DNA of 62,311 nucleotides from an uncultured archaeon (GTDB lineage: Archaea; Asgardarchaeota; Lokiarchaeia; Sigyniarchaeales; SOKP01). The notes under the pieces were generated by a model. That model was not told the DNA's origin and did not search any database. It saw only the letters and a program-made list of their open reading frames with translations. Position numbers and translations under genes: made by a program. The stretch spans positions 1 to 62,311 of the forward strand of contig CAZRBD010000003.1 in assembly GCA_964598265.1 (NCBI GenBank). Direction: 5' to 3'. Shown in pieces: positions 39,702-50,331 of the stretch (position 1 is the first letter of the stretch; every line of letters begins with the position of its first letter).

Positions 39702-39977
39702 TTACACTATTTTCCCATAATTTGGTTTCAGATACTTCATTGAGCTTGAACTTTCTTTTTTATCACTAATTACATCTTCTCGATATATTACAATTTCTTT
39801 TACATCCCCTTTTGGAATTGGAGGATGAGTTCTCTCTTTGAAAACTAAAAACTCATCAGATCCTTTAAAAAATTTTATTAACTTAAGTTTATCAATCGTC
39901 CCAACCAAATTCGTTTCAATCCCTGATTTTGGATCAGAAAACATGACTTCACATAAAACTTCGAGTTCGTTATCCAT
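39702..39977 (-). CDS. hypothetical protein
   Basis: 91-aa ORF with no recognised motif. Confidence 0.4.
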   Translation of the reverse strand: MDNELEVLCEVMFSDPKSGIETNLVGTIDKLKLIKFFKGSDEFLVFKERTHPPIPKGDVKEIVIYREDVISDKKESSSSMKYLKPNYGKIV

Positions 39978-40019
39978 GAAATAGAATCTTACTCTACCTA
40001 TTTAAAGAAAAAGAATTAT

Positions 40020-40223
40020 CTATCTTTTAGACTGAAGTTCAGATTTTGAAAAAGTATAAGGCTGATACCTCGTTTTGAAAGAATAACAATGACAGCAGTA
40101 AAGTTCAATATACTCACTATTCCAGATTTTGGTAAAATGTTCGATGGTTTTTAGACCACTATTTTTAATAAAATTTTCAAAATCCAGTTCTTTTCCGCAT
40201 CTAAAACACTTTCTTTTTCTCAT
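40020..40223 (-). CDS. small zinc-ribbon protein (paralog of 44648-44905)
   Basis: KCFRCGKELDFENF...W...ELYCCHCY shares the spacing of KCFDCGESISFGEF...W...SICCIQCF in the other ORF. Confidence 0.5.
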   Translation of the reverse strand: MRKRKCFRCGKELDFENFIKNSGLKTIEHFTKIWNSEYIELYCCHCYSFKTRYQPYTFSKSELQSKR

Positions 40224-40264
40224 AGTTTCAAACTGACATAGAATAGGAAAAATAAAAGTAAAAG

Positions 40265-40780
40265 TTAGAAAACTTCATAATGAACAATTTCCTTGAGCGG
40301 TTTCCTTTCAGTCACTTCTTTTTTAGATTTAACTGAATAACCTAAGGGAGTAATTCCCATTACCCTATATTTCTTAGGAATTTTCAAGACTGTTTTTAAC
40401 TTCTCCTCAGGGAACCAACCAATCCAACATGTTGCTAATCCTTCTGCAGCTGATGCTAAGATTATGTGTTCAAAACAAATTCCAAAGTCTACTCCATAAT
40501 ATTTTTCGCCATTCAAATTAGTTCCCGAGCCTTGTTCGGCTATAACTCCGATGATGAACATTGGTGCTCCTATAAATTTGGTCTCTTGCCCAATAGCTTC
40601 CCAAACAGCTTTAACATTTTCAGGCTCTTGGACAACAATATAATGTACGCCCTGTCTATTAGCCCATGTAGGTGCTAATCGAGCAGAGTTTAAGATTCTC
40701 TCGATTTTATCTTTTTCTGGCATATCGGGCTTATAAACACGATAGCTCCTTCTTTTTTTCACTACTTCGTAAAATTCCAT
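40265..40780 (-). CDS. nitroreductase family protein
   Basis: KKRRSYRVY and ILNSARLAPTWANRQGVHYIVV are typical nitroreductase motifs. 171 aa. Confidence 0.8.
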   Translation of the reverse strand: MEFYEVVKKRRSYRVYKPDMPEKDKIERILNSARLAPTWANRQGVHYIVVQEPENVKAVWEAIGQETKFIGAPMFIIGVIAEQGSGTNLNGEKYYGVDFGICFEHIILASAAEGLATCWIGWFPEEKLKTVLKIPKKYRVMGITPLGYSVKSKKEVTERKPLKEIVHYEVF

Positions 40781-41242
40781 TATTAATTTTTCCTCATTTT
40801 TTAAATTTAATATTTTAAATAATCCAAAAATTTATAATTTTTTCATTTTAGAAAGAATTAGCTAGTTTTCCGTTCTAATCATCAAATCACTCAGGATAAC
40901 AATACTATCTCAAATTACTTGGAATAGTATCAAAATATAACCTTTTTTTCTGTTGTTAAATGTTGTAATTCAATGTTAGAATCATAAATTGATGATGGAA
41001 TTGAATTTAATATGGAAGATGTTGGGATGAGTAGTTCTAGATTGGATAATAGATTTATTTCTTATATAGTCCAAAGAAGATAACGAGAAATATATATAAA
41101 TCTACAAACTCAACAACTATAACATAATTAAGAGTTTCTCCAAGAAGGTTTTGCTTTAACGGGAGGAAAATATTTGAACTTTTAAGTGTCATAATAATAA
41201 AATTTACTCTCTTCTGTCATATAAGAATTTCCTAAACCGGGC

Positions 41243-41737
41243 TTAGTAAAAAATCCAATCTAGTTCTCCTTTTGGCTTAATATAAAAAATTTTATTTAAA
41301 AAGTCATAAAAGAAGTAATTAGATGGATTAAATTTCATTTTTCCTATTATATATCGCAAAATTAAGGAAGGAATGACAATTAAAAACCCAACTCCCAATA
41401 GGGGAACCCCCCTATCTCCCATTAACTCATAAAAAATTAAGAAACAAATTCCAAGAATAATAGTGACTAGACCTAACCCATAAATGACATTTGACCATAG
41501 ATTATATGACTCCCATCTATAAAACTGTTTCCCGCACACTTTACAAGTAGGAACTTCCTCTTTGAACTTATATTTCTCTCTTCTATTCCCTATTCTAATA
41601 ATTCTTGATTTTTCCCCTTGTTTATATAAATATAAGTCCGGGCTTACTTCTTCTGAGTAACATACTACACATTTTTGTTTACTTAAAATCTCTGGTCTTT
41701 CCTTCTCTTTTTTATCCATTCTTCTTTGATAGAACAC
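41243..41737 (-). CDS. zinc-ribbon membrane protein
   Basis: CVVC...(x40)...CKVCG followed by two TM helices. Confidence 0.5.
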   Translation of the reverse strand: MFYQRRMDKKEKERPEILSKQKCVVCYSEEVSPDLYLYKQGEKSRIIRIGNRREKYKFKEEVPTCKVCGKQFYRWESYNLWSNVIYGLGLVTIILGICFLIFYELMGDRGVPLLGVGFLIVIPSLILRYIIGKMKFNPSNYFFYDFLNKIFYIKPKGELDWIFY

Positions 41738-41835
41738 TTATTAGTTACATTTAAAATAATAAGAATTCTAATATTTAAACTATTAAATTCAAAAAAATAA
41801 AATTAAGAGAAGTATAATAAAAAGTATTAAAATTA

Positions 41836-42753
41836 TTGTCAAGTAGAACAGAATTGAATTCTAATAGTTCTTTATCCCAAATATTTAGTTTGAAGGATGG
41901 CCGCAAGCTGGGGTTTGCTGAATTTGGGGACTTTGAAGGAATACCCATTTTATATTTTCATGGCCATAAATCATCTCGACTTGAACCAAAAATGTACGAT
42001 CTTAATGTATTACAGAATAAATGTCGTTTAATTGCAATTGATCGTCCTGGATTTGGGTTATCCGATTTTAAGATTGGTAATAAATTATTAGATTGGCCTG
42101 ATGATATAGTTGAGTTAACTAAAAATCTTAACATTGATAAGTTTGCTGTTTTAGGGGGATCAGGAGGAGGTCCATATGTTTGTGCATGTGCTTTTAAAAT
42201 TCCTCAACGTCTAACTGCTTGCGGTATAGTCTCGGGGCTTGGTCCCATTGAATTCGGAACTGAAGGAATGAATAAAAACAACCGGAGGGAATTATCGATG
42301 GCTCGTAAGTATCCTAAACTTTTAGAAAAGATATATAAACTACAAGTTCGATTTGTTAAAAAGCTACAAGGAAAAACGATTGAAGAAATTGCGAAAACTT
42401 TTCAAAAAAGACAAGGAGATTTGCCAGAACCGGATAAAAAACTATTCGAGGATACTGAAAAACTTTCTTTATTTGTCGAATTAATGTCAGAACCATTACG
42501 ACAAGGCATTAATGGAATTGTTCATGAAGCGAAATTATTTGCAAACTATTGGGGTTTCGATCTAAGAGAGATATCTTCGGAACTACCTGTTTTTTTGTGG
42601 CACGGAGAATTAGATAATAGTGTTCCCGTTCGAATGGCTCGGATGGTTTGTAAATCAATTCCAAACTGTAAAGGTAAATTCTTTCCAAATGAAGCGCATC
42701 TTTCTACAGCAGTTAATCATTTTAATGAAATAATAGAAACTTTAATCTCATAA
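41836..42753 (+). CDS. alpha/beta hydrolase
   Basis: ILYFHGHKSSRLE and IAIDRPGFGLSD, nucleophile-elbow region LGGSGGGPY, and a C-terminal WHGELDNSVP...NEAHL. The ORF has a TTG start. Confidence 0.75.
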   Translation: MSSRTELNSNSSLSQIFSLKDGRKLGFAEFGDFEGIPILYFHGHKSSRLEPKMYDLNVLQNKCRLIAIDRPGFGLSDFKIGNKLLDWPDDIVELTKNLNIDKFAVLGGSGGGPYVCACAFKIPQRLTACGIVSGLGPIEFGTEGMNKNNRRELSMARKYPKLLEKIYKLQVRFVKKLQGKTIEEIAKTFQKRQGDLPEPDKKLFEDTEKLSLFVELMSEPLRQGINGIVHEAKLFANYWGFDLREISSELPVFLWHGELDNSVPVRMARMVCKSIPNCKGKFFPNEAHLSTAVNHFNEIIETLIS

Positions 42754-42787
42754 ATTCAGATTTTTTAAAAAAAAGGTAATTTGATTT

Positions 42788-43201
42788 TTATTTCATTTCA
42801 TTCTTTATTTTGAAAATTGAAAAGGTTCCATTTGCTTTTGATACAAGAATTTCATTATTCTTAACTTCTGATTCAAGAACACTAAAGTTTCTTCCTTTAT
42901 GAATAACTGTTGTATCACAAATGAGTGTACCTACCTTAACTGGTTTGAAATATGAGATTTTAATTTCCAGCGTTGCACATAATTCATCCTCATCTAATAA
43001 GGAATAAAGCGCACCACCCATACCAGTATCCGCCATAGAATATATAACTCCTCCATGTAATACTTTATGTGGGTTCATTAATTTCTCATTTACTTCTAAA
43101 ACACATTGAGAATATCCTTTTTTGAGTTTAGTAAAATTGAAACCAATTAACTCACCAAATGGATGAAATCCTTTTGATATAAGAGGAAATTTTTTTGACA
43201 T
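42788..43201 (-). CDS. PaaI/4HBT-type hotdog-fold thioesterase
   Basis: NPHKVLHGGVIYSMADTGMGGA motif. 137 aa. Confidence 0.8.
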   Translation of the reverse strand: MSKKFPLISKGFHPFGELIGFNFTKLKKGYSQCVLEVNEKLMNPHKVLHGGVIYSMADTGMGGALYSLLDEDELCATLEIKISYFKPVKVGTLICDTTVIHKGRNFSVLESEVKNNEILVSKANGTFSIFKIKNEMK

Positions 43202-43242
43202 AGACTAATAAGAGTTTATAGAAATTTAATTTTTATCGAAAA

Positions 43243-44448
43243 CTAGAGGAAAGTTGGTTCTTGTTCAAAATCTCTTTTTGGAGTTTTCATTGTTGATGTT
43301 TCTTCTGGAGTCAAAAGTTCAATTAACTCATACTGAGATGTTCCCATTTTCATTTTCTCACCAAACCTTATCGCTTCATATGGATCTTTGTAAGGTCCTT
43401 GGAGTCTCGTGAAAGGATGAATGTTTTCGCTGGAATCAAGATTTACATGTTTTAAGAATGGTGGTATGGATTCCTTTATTAATCCCTCTTTATTTATTAG
43501 ATCGAGAGTAGCAGTTTCGATAGCAATAATATCTTTTGATCCTAACACTCCAATATCATTAACAATAGGAGGTTGTCCTGTACCGAGACAATCACAGAAA
43601 GCCGTTATCTGTGTTAAGAAATTTAAATAGAAAACTTTCTTGGGATTAAATGTTTCAAGCACTTTATTACATGAAATTGCAATCATCTCTTGGAATGCTG
43701 TATAGCTTTCTCTAGGTAACTTTACCGACCCCACTCCTTGATCTAATTCTAGACACGTGAAACACTGATGGCAATCATGATAATTGCGAAAAAGCTTATC
43801 TATTTTCTCATCATAGCGAAGTGCCCCATAAGGGCATCCTTCAACAAGTTTTCTAGCATGTTCTGGAGACCCTTTTTCAGGATCCCAGTATTTATCAACA
43901 TGAGATACAGCATGTATTTTAAACCAACGAGAAGGTGCAGAGTATGCCCCCAATGCGAGATTTTTTATAGCACCTCCATACCCACATGCGCCATGTCCTT
44001 TCGCATGAGATAAGTCAATGAGTACATCTGCATCCTTTAATACTCCACCAAGATCAAGCGTATCAAAACCTCTGAAGTTAATTTCTACAGGGGTAGTATA
44101 TCCTTCTTTTACTCCTGCAACAGGGATAATTGGACATCCACAGGTTTCTTGAGTATACCCTCTTTTTACTGCATTATAGACTGCAGTTGAAGTATCAGTT
44201 ATAAATGGATAACCACCAGTTTTTTTAACAGCCTCAATAATACGACGTACGAAGAAAACGGGAATAGTTTGATACCCATCTAAAAATCCAAGATGCATTT
44301 TTATAGCTATTTTATCCTTCTTTTCAATCGGTGTCTGTTCTAACAATATTTCAGTAATTTTATCAACTTTTGCAGCAAATGAAGCAAAGAGAGCCATTTT
44401 ACCATGCTGAACGGATCCAAAATAGACTTTTGAATTTTCAGAACTCAT
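43243..44448 (-). CDS. DUF362 domain protein (putative Fe-S binding)
   Basis: IAIKMHLGFLDGYQTIPVFFVRRIIEAVKKTGGYPFITDT and LSHAKGHGACGYGGAIKNLALG fit my memory of DUF362. It also has CHQCFTC and CDC cysteines. Confidence 0.65.
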   Translation of the reverse strand: MSSENSKVYFGSVQHGKMALFASFAAKVDKITEILLEQTPIEKKDKIAIKMHLGFLDGYQTIPVFFVRRIIEAVKKTGGYPFITDTSTAVYNAVKRGYTQETCGCPIIPVAGVKEGYTTPVEINFRGFDTLDLGGVLKDADVLIDLSHAKGHGACGYGGAIKNLALGAYSAPSRWFKIHAVSHVDKYWDPEKGSPEHARKLVEGCPYGALRYDEKIDKLFRNYHDCHQCFTCLELDQGVGSVKLPRESYTAFQEMIAISCNKVLETFNPKKVFYLNFLTQITAFCDCLGTGQPPIVNDIGVLGSKDIIAIETATLDLINKEGLIKESIPPFLKHVNLDSSENIHPFTRLQGPYKDPYEAIRFGEKMKMGTSQYELIELLTPEETSTMKTPKRDFEQEPTFL

Positions 44449-44647
44449 ATTATTATGAATGTTTCAGCAATTTAATGTGATATCCTTTTATTTTATAATG
44501 AAGTAAAATATGTAATTAGGAATTATATTATGCTCTATATATAGATTTATATGAATTTTACTCTTAATTATAAAAAAAAATAGAATTAATAGAGCAAAAT
44601 TAATGAGTAAATCAAATTACTTGTATAAATAATAAAAAAAAGAGACT

Positions 44648-44905
44648 TTACTTACGAAATCTGCTATAAAATCTGTAAAAACTCATATTTTTCTTGAATG
44701 GTTTTTCGGGCCTTCTGAAAAAGCACTGAATACAGCAAATGGAAAGTAGGGAATCGCCCCAGAGATCTTCTGCCCTTTCTTTTAGCATAGAAGGATTGTC
44801 ATTACAAAATTCACCAAAAGAAATTGACTCCCCGCAATCAAAACATTTTCTCATTTCATTCATATACTTATAACCCATTTCATAATTTAAAAGTGAAGGA
44901 CACAT
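44648..44905 (-). CDS. small zinc-ribbon protein (paralog of 40020-40223)
   Basis: MRKCFDCGESISFGEF...LWGDSLLSICCIQCFF. The true start is probably one of the internal Met codons (MNEMRKC). Confidence 0.45.
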   Translation of the reverse strand: MCPSLLNYEMGYKYMNEMRKCFDCGESISFGEFCNDNPSMLKERAEDLWGDSLLSICCIQCFFRRPEKPFKKNMSFYRFYSRFRK

Positions 44906-45108
44906 TCAAATTTCAAGGATATTCCAAATTAAATACTAAGGAGCACGATGACATATTTAGCAACAACTATTTAAATTGAAGTTACCTATTTTTCATTTTT
45001 ATCTTAGTAAAACCAGCACTCTCTTTAATCTTTATAATTATTGAGTAGATGTTTATCTATTCTATTTTACATGTATATAAATTTGAATTGGGTCCCCTTG
45101 ATTTTCAT

Positions 45109-45861
45109 ATGAAATCTTTTAATGAATTTATGAATTATGAAGATATGGTAGATAAACGACTAATTGAAATTGCATCTCTCTCATATAATTTTAGCAAAAT
45201 ACCACCAATAATTGGTATTATAATAGCTAATAAATTTGGAAACACTTTAATGGTTTTTGAGTATGAAGATCGGGTTAAAAATAATTATGGTCCAATAAAA
45301 TCATATTTATCAGAAAATGATAAGAATTTTTTAGATATTGATTTAATCTCGATGTATTTTAGTTCTCTTAAAGCGTTTGCAGGACAAACCAATATTCAAA
45401 ACTTATCGAACCTGGAAATCCATGGATCTAATATTAAAGTTCAGATATATTTTCTCTTTGATAATTATATGATAATTATATTTCTTAATTCCAAAATAGA
45501 TTTGAACCTAAAAAATAAAACGCAAATTGTACAGTATTTTGAAGATATATTAAGTAAGAATGAATTTGAGTTTAAACATTTCAATGCCTCACATTCGAGA
45601 AAGGTTATCAGAATGCTAGAGGCTAAAGGAACAGCATGGTTAAAGAATTTAAATAAAAATTATAAACACCTCTTTGAAAATGAATTTTTAAAAAAGCATG
45701 AAATTATTGATATCATAATGAACCAAATGTTCCCTATCATTCAAAAGGAATTGGGTGAATACTTAATAGGAATTCCTGAAGATATCTTACATAATATATC
45801 TAAAGAAATAAGAAACAAAATCCAAGATAAGATGTGTGAATTTAATATAGATTTAAGTTAA
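45109..45861 (+). CDS. hypothetical protein with N-terminal longin/roadblock-like domain
   Basis: The pattern is beta-beta-alpha-beta-beta-alpha: IIGIIIANKFGNTLMVFEYE / DLISMYFSSLKAFAG / LEIHGSNIKVQIYFLFDNYMIIIFLN / KTQIVQYFEDIL. A helical C-terminal half follows. The ORF track starts earlier (45049); the ATG at 45109 is preferred. Confidence 0.4.
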   Translation: MKSFNEFMNYEDMVDKRLIEIASLSYNFSKIPPIIGIIIANKFGNTLMVFEYEDRVKNNYGPIKSYLSENDKNFLDIDLISMYFSSLKAFAGQTNIQNLSNLEIHGSNIKVQIYFLFDNYMIIIFLNSKIDLNLKNKTQIVQYFEDILSKNEFEFKHFNASHSRKVIRMLEAKGTAWLKNLNKNYKHLFENEFLKKHEIIDIIMNQMFPIIQKELGEYLIGIPEDILHNISKEIRNKIQDKMCEFNIDLS

Positions 45862-46049
45862 AAAATAAAAACTAGTATAATTTTTCTTTTAAAATTTTTC
45901 CAGTATTGTAAGCCTGTGCAACCTTGTAACCTACTTTCTAATTTTGATAGAAGATTAAACAAGATAAAAAGGATACATAATTATTTATTATAATTACTAA
46001 ACTGAAATTTTCTTGTTATTAGTAAAGTTAAGACAAATGTGAAAAGAAC

Positions 46050-47069
46050 GTGAATTTAACATCTAGAAAGAAGAAAAAGCAAGAGTTTATTGCCTACATA
46101 TTATTAATCTTGACAATGGTTATTTGGGGAGGTACTTGGCCGCTAGGGCGATGGTTAGTATCTGAAGAAGTTGGAGGAGAAACTATCCCTCCATTAATGA
46201 TAGTAACAGTCCGATATTTTTTTGCAGTAATAGGTTTTTTTCTTATTCTTAAATACAAAGAAGGGACTTTAAATTGGAAATTTGCAAAATCACAATGGAA
46301 ATTTTTAACCATAATGGGGTTATTGTCTGTAACATTTTATCAAGTAGGGTATCTTTTTGGTGAATTTTTCACTGCTGCGAGTGATGCAAGCATAATGGTT
46401 GCAACAATGGCGGTTTGGGTCGTAATTCTTTCCAGTGTTTTCTTAAAAACAGAATTTTTTACCTGGAAAAAAGGGGTTGGATCCCTTTTAGCTTTTACTG
46501 CCGTATTCATAGTTATGGGATTTTCTCCGAATGCAGATGTCTCGAATAGAATTCTTGGAAATTTTTTAATAATAGCTGCAGCACTTGCTTATGCTGTGTA
46601 TACTGTAATTTCTCGCCATTTCTTGAATAAAACTCAAACCAATCCTAAATATAGTCAACCGAGTTCTTTATGGATACTGACTTGGGTTTCTTTTTTTGGT
46701 TTTTTAATTACAACTCCTATAGCATTACTCATTAGCCCAGAATTTATTAATCCATTAGAATATTTTACAATTCCACCTCGCGTTTGGTGGGGAATTGGTT
46801 ACTTAGCATTTATATCTACAATAGGCGCATATACTTTCTATTTAGAAGGAGTTAAGCGTCTAGGTGCAAGCAGAGCTGCTATCTTCCAGACGTTAGTACC
46901 TTTATTTGGGGTTATTTTCTCTGCTTTATTTTTGCAAGAAATATTCGGTATTATTGTCTATCCTTCTGCATTATTATTAGTAATAGGGGGTATTATTTTA
47001 GTCAATTATAAAGGAAAAAAACTTCGTAATGAAAAGAAGCGGGACACAAAATCTGAAAATTCATCCTAA
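46050..47069 (+). CDS. EamA/DMT family transporter
   Basis: 10 TM helices in two EamA-like halves. GTG start. Confidence 0.8.
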   Translation: MNLTSRKKKKQEFIAYILLILTMVIWGGTWPLGRWLVSEEVGGETIPPLMIVTVRYFFAVIGFFLILKYKEGTLNWKFAKSQWKFLTIMGLLSVTFYQVGYLFGEFFTAASDASIMVATMAVWVVILSSVFLKTEFFTWKKGVGSLLAFTAVFIVMGFSPNADVSNRILGNFLIIAAALAYAVYTVISRHFLNKTQTNPKYSQPSSLWILTWVSFFGFLITTPIALLISPEFINPLEYFTIPPRVWWGIGYLAFISTIGAYTFYLEGVKRLGASRAAIFQTLVPLFGVIFSALFLQEIFGIIVYPSALLLVIGGIILVNYKGKKLRNEKKRDTKSENSS

Positions 47070-47142
47070 AAGTAAGAGATTTAATTTTCATCAATTTTAT
47101 TTTTTGTAAAATATTTTATCCATAAAAAGTAGATGGTTAGTA

Positions 47143-49173
47143 ATGACTGAAGATACTTTAAAGATTGAGTTATCAAAGTTGCCTTTTATGAATAGTACTC
47201 TTGAGCTGGAAAAAAGGATAGATGATTTATTAGAACGATTGACATTAAAAGAAAAGTTTAAACTCAGTGCTGGAAGGCGAATGTGGTACACAAAACCGAT
47301 AAAAAGGTTAGGGATAAAATCTTTTACGATGTATGATGGTCCTCATGGTGTACGGGTAGATTCCAATGGGAAAACACAGTCTACTTATTTTCCTTCTGCT
47401 ATTTGTAGAGCTGCAACTTGGAATCCTGAATTATCTGAAAGATTTGGAATCGCTATAGCACAAGAAGTACGAGATGTTGGAGCACAGATGTTGCTTGCCC
47501 CAGGAATAAATATTCAAAGAACACCTATGTGCGGACGAACTTTTGAATATCAAACTGAAGATCCCTATCTTAATAAAGATTTAGCTGTAGCTGTCGTAAA
47601 AGGAATTCAGAGTCAAAGAATTGCAGCATGTGTGAAACACTTTATCTGTAATAATCAAGAGATTAATCGATTTACAGTTAGCTCTCAAGTTAGCGAAAGA
47701 GCTCTACAAGAAATATACTTCCCTGCTTTTAAGGCAGCTGTTCAAGAGGCCGATGCTTGGTCAATAATGACTAGTTATAACAAAATAAACGGAACCTATG
47801 GTTCTGAACATAAACATCTCCTTAGGGAAGTATTGATAAAAGAATGGGGATTCAGAGGTTTTGTTGTCTCCGATTGGACGGCTACAAAATTTATATCCAG
47901 AACAGAAAGCTGTATAAATGCTGGATTAACACTAGAAATGCCGATGCACAACAAGTATATCCCTACTAAAATGAAAAAAGCATTTGATGAAGGCAAATTC
48001 ACAGAAGAAAGACTTAATGATAACATAAAACGCTTGTTGAGGGTAATGTTTTTGACTGGTCTATTTGATGATGAAAGTACACTACCGAAAGGAAGCCGAA
48101 ATACAAGTGAGCATCAAAACTTGACTCGTGAAATTGCTGAAGAAGGGATAGTACTTTTAAAGAATGAGGGAGATCTACTTCCTTTAGACTCAGAAAAACT
48201 GAGAAAGATTGCAGTTATTGGACCAAACGCGAATTTAAAAACATATATAGGGGGTGGAAGTTCTACTAATTTTCCCCCTTATGAGATTACACCCCTTGAA
48301 GGATTAAAAAAAAGGTGTAAGGGAAAAATTGAGATAGTTAATACTCCTTCCACAGCAGATATAACATTAATGTTTGTAGGACTCAACCATGAAAAAGGAA
48401 TGGATGCTGAAGGTCATGACAGAGATTCATTTAGATTGCCCCAAGAACAAATTGATCTCATTGAAAAAACAAGGAATGAAAACTCAAATATAGTTTTAAT
48501 TATGATTTCGGGAAGTCCAGTATCGATGATTGAATGGATTAATAATGTACCTACCGTTTTACAGGCATGGTACGGAGGGATGGAAGCGGGAAATACAATT
48601 TCCGCTATACTATTTGGCGATGTAATACCTTCTGGAAAACTTCCGATAACATTTCCAAAACAGCTCTCAGATTCACCAGCACATGTATCTGAAAGAACTT
48701 ATCCCGGAAGTAAAGATGTTTTTTACGATGAGGGTGTTTTTGTTGGATATCGTCATTTTGATATAAGAAATATTGAGCCTCTTTTTCCATTTGGTCATGG
48801 TTTATCCTATACTAAATTTACTTATGAAAATCTCCAACTTTCAAAAAAAATTATTACAAAGGATGAAATTCTTGTCGTTTCTGTCTATATTTTTAACTCT
48901 GGAGTATATAAAGGAGCAGAAATTGTTCAGCTATATATCCAAGATATTGAATCCAGTGTAGAAAGACCTCATAAAGAACTGAAAGGATTTAAAAAGAAAT
49001 TTCTTAAACCGATGGAAAGAGCTACAGTTAAATTTGTTATATGTAAGGATGATTTGTCGTTTTTTAATGAAAATCTTGGAAAATGGACTACCGAGGAAGG
49101 AGAATTCAGTATTTTGGTTGGAGGTTCCTCGAGAGATATTCGCCTTCAGGATAAATTTACATATTTAAGTTAA
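47143..49173 (+). CDS. glycoside hydrolase family 3 beta-glucosidase
   Basis: GH3 motifs: NIQRTPMCGRTFEYQTEDPYL, KHFICNNQE and the nucleophile region GFVVSDW. It has a C-terminal FnIII-like domain. Confidence 0.9.
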   Translation: MTEDTLKIELSKLPFMNSTLELEKRIDDLLERLTLKEKFKLSAGRRMWYTKPIKRLGIKSFTMYDGPHGVRVDSNGKTQSTYFPSAICRAATWNPELSERFGIAIAQEVRDVGAQMLLAPGINIQRTPMCGRTFEYQTEDPYLNKDLAVAVVKGIQSQRIAACVKHFICNNQEINRFTVSSQVSERALQEIYFPAFKAAVQEADAWSIMTSYNKINGTYGSEHKHLLREVLIKEWGFRGFVVSDWTATKFISRTESCINAGLTLEMPMHNKYIPTKMKKAFDEGKFTEERLNDNIKRLLRVMFLTGLFDDESTLPKGSRNTSEHQNLTREIAEEGIVLLKNEGDLLPLDSEKLRKIAVIGPNANLKTYIGGGSSTNFPPYEITPLEGLKKRCKGKIEIVNTPSTADITLMFVGLNHEKGMDAEGHDRDSFRLPQEQIDLIEKTRNENSNIVLIMISGSPVSMIEWINNVPTVLQAWYGGMEAGNTISAILFGDVIPSGKLPITFPKQLSDSPAHVSERTYPGSKDVFYDEGVFVGYRHFDIRNIEPLFPFGHGLSYTKFTYENLQLSKKIITKDEILVVSVYIFNSGVYKGAEIVQLYIQDIESSVERPHKELKGFKKKFLKPMERATVKFVICKDDLSFFNENLGKWTTEEGEFSILVGGSSRDIRLQDKFTYLS

Positions 49174-49631
49174 TCATGAGTAAATTACAAATTGAAGTTA
49201 AATTGAATGATATGTCAGATTAAAAATAATATCTTCGATTACGTACAAGCTAATAATCGGGGAAAGCTTCAAAAGTTTTGTAAAAGGTTCAGATTTTCTG
49301 ATTGGAAATTTTGAGGCAACTTTAACAGAGAAAAAAGTGATCAATGGTAAACGACATACACCACAGATAATGGATGCTCTTGCTAGTTTATTCATTAAAG
49401 ATACTATAAACTTCTGCGATTGTATCACTTGTTAATATTGACTTATAACTCATTCCTAATAACTCATTTTTTGGAATACCTAAATATTTTCTGAATATCA
49501 AAATTTTAAACTTAATTCTCTAAAACTCTTACTTAAAAGTTGAATAATTGGCCCTTACACGTCTGTATAAGCACTTTTAACGAAAGAAAACTTATCATAT
49601 TATTCCTTACTTCATACAATATTCGAACTTC

Positions 49632-49937
49632 GTGCTAAGTCTTAAATCTGTGGAAACTTCTGATGAAGCTATGCATATCCTTAAAACTCTGACATCTAGA
49701 GTAATATTGCTAGATGTTAATTTAAAGACTAGCAATATAAATGGAGACAATTTATGTCAAATACTAAAATCGAACAATGAGTACAGTTCTATTCCAATAG
49801 TTCTAATATCAGCTGTATTTTCGGAAAACAAAAAAAAGGAAATTTTAACAAGCACAGGAGCAGATGCTGTTATTTTTAAACCCCTTGACAAATTGAAAGA
49901 CTTAGATGTTCTATTCAAGTACCTAAAGCAGTATTAA
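49632..49937 (+). pseudogene. receiver (REC) domain fragment without the N-terminal acidic pocket
   Basis: ILLDVNL...GDNLCQILK...IPIVLISA...GADAVIFKP matches REC beta3-beta5. The in-frame upstream sequence (RKKTYHIIPYFIQYSNF) lacks the DD pair, and only a GTG start is available. Confidence 0.5.
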
Positions 49938-50105
49938 ATAATTTTTTTTTATTATTAAATTATTTCTATGATGTAATCTTATTGTCAATACTTTTTATTT
50001 TTCACAAGTAAAATACGGGAATTATTAACTTACAAATAAGGATAAATTTAGAAATTCTTTATGGTTCTTTGTTTTAAATAATTAGCATCTTGTTTTCATC
50101 ATATT

Positions 50106-50276
50106 ATGTCATTAGAAGACATCTGCGTTAAATGTGGAAATCTTGTAAATATACCATCAGAAAGTAACGGCCCATTCCAACATGATTGTCCTTATTGTGG
50201 TAGTAACTACACCACGGGATATAGGTATAATTCGCTAATTAATCTACATATAAGGTATATTCGATTTAATTCATAA
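50106..50276 (+). CDS. small zinc-ribbon protein (56 aa)
   Basis: My translation is MSLEDICVKCGNLVNIPSESNGPFQHDCPYCGSNYTTGYRYNSLINLHIRYIRFNS. Confidence 0.35.
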   Translation: MSLEDICVKCGNLVNIPSESNGPFQHDCPYCGSNYTTGYRYNSLINLHIRYIRFNS

Positions 50277-50331
50277 CTTCCTTTTCTTTAATCCTTAATA
50301 AACAAGAAGAATTTTGCTCCTTTTATAATTA

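Noticed and set aside
49198-49428. 76-aa minus-strand ORF downstream of the GH3 gene, and the 64-aa ORF at 47097-47291
   Set aside because: Neither has motifs. One overlaps the GH3 start region and the other lies in AT-rich intergenic DNA with no support. Both were treated as chance ORFs.
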